Notes under the pieces: generated by a model | The model's database searches: none | The model's input: the letters and a program-made list of their open reading frames with translations, nothing else | Told to the model about the DNA's origin: nothing | In this document: positions 63,575 to 64,000 of the stretch, piece after piece | Layout: the number at the start of each line of letters is the position of its first letter | Position numbering within the stretch: the first letter of the stretch is position 1 | Position numbers and translations under genes: made by a program | Source of the DNA: Opitutales bacterium | GTDB taxonomy: Bacteria > Verrucomicrobiota > Verrucomicrobiia > Opitutales > UBA2987 | Length of the DNA: 64,000 nucleotides | Assembly: GCA_965226885.1 (NCBI GenBank) | Contig: CBDDEL010000017.1 | Location: 512,001 to 576,000 of the forward strand | Direction: 5' to 3'

Positions 63575-64000
63575 ATGTGTGCCTCTGAACCAAGTGGTTT
63601 AAAAAGAGCTGGGGAACTTGTAGAGACCTTGGGTCTGAAGCATTTGAATCTGGAGTCGGGCCTTTTCAATGTGCTTTCCGTGTCGGACATCGAAGTGAAG
63701 ACCGGCGATGGAATGTCCCCGGCCAGCAATGTTATTTATTTAATGCTGACCAAGGAAGTTTCGCAGAATTTCCTCCAATGGCTGTATTCCGACGATTACC
63801 ATGTATTGATTGAGGGGGGGCCGGCCGATTATTACTTGTTCTACGAGGATGGCCGGGCCGAAAAAATTACCATGGGCAGAGACTTGCAGGCGGGGCAGCA
63901 ATTGATCGTTCCCAGCCCTGGCGGGACGGCCAAGGCGATAGTGCTTCATGATTCAACCGATTTTTTGCTGGCTGGTTCCATAGTGACCCCCGCGTGGAGT
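63575..64000 (+). CDS. Cupin (DUF985/Cupin_5-like) protein, runs off the window end
   Basis: Own translation MCASEPSG...LESGLF...NVIYLML...EGGP...MGRDLQAGQQ...IVTPAWS; open for 142 codons. Confidence 0.75.
   Translation, partial: MCASEPSGLKRAGELVETLGLKHLNLESGLFNVLSVSDIEVKTGDGMSPASNVIYLMLTKEVSQNFLQWLYSDDYHVLIEGGPADYYLFYEDGRAEKITMGRDLQAGQQLIVPSPGGTAKAIVLHDSTDFLLAGSIVTPAWS

Overview
Bacterial chromosomal window, tentatively Verrucomicrobiota/Opitutales-like (inferred from protein style, not confirmed), undergoing a massive and recent insertion-sequence expansion with gene decay. I count 18 IS elements covering roughly 23 of 64 kb: 8 near-identical IS3-family, 6 IS1380-family (several nested in each other), 3 IS1-family of two types and 1 IS630. 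Housekeeping genes (nadE, hemL, murJ, ffh, sucA) keep open frames, while about 13 signalling, catabolic, envelope and prophage genes are broken. Most notable: (1) the normally essential SRP gene ffh has lost its native 5' end and is fused in frame to an ATG-initiated 15-codon ORF reading out through the IS3 right end; the same in-frame fusion occurs at both other co-oriented IS3/gene junctions, and the left-end tip supplies in-frame TGA stops; (2) a recurrent signature of perfect 5-22 bp tandem duplications that inactivates genes; (3) IS3 copies without target duplications, one with a chimeric end, marking rearrangement breakpoints; (4) a degenerate copy of the sucA 3' end 5 kb downstream; (5) an IS1 type whose InsB lies in the +1 rather than -1 frame; (6) a decayed Mu-like prophage neck/tail-fibre fragment. 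I saw no rRNA, tRNA or CRISPR array. All family assignments are from motif recognition by eye, without database searches.
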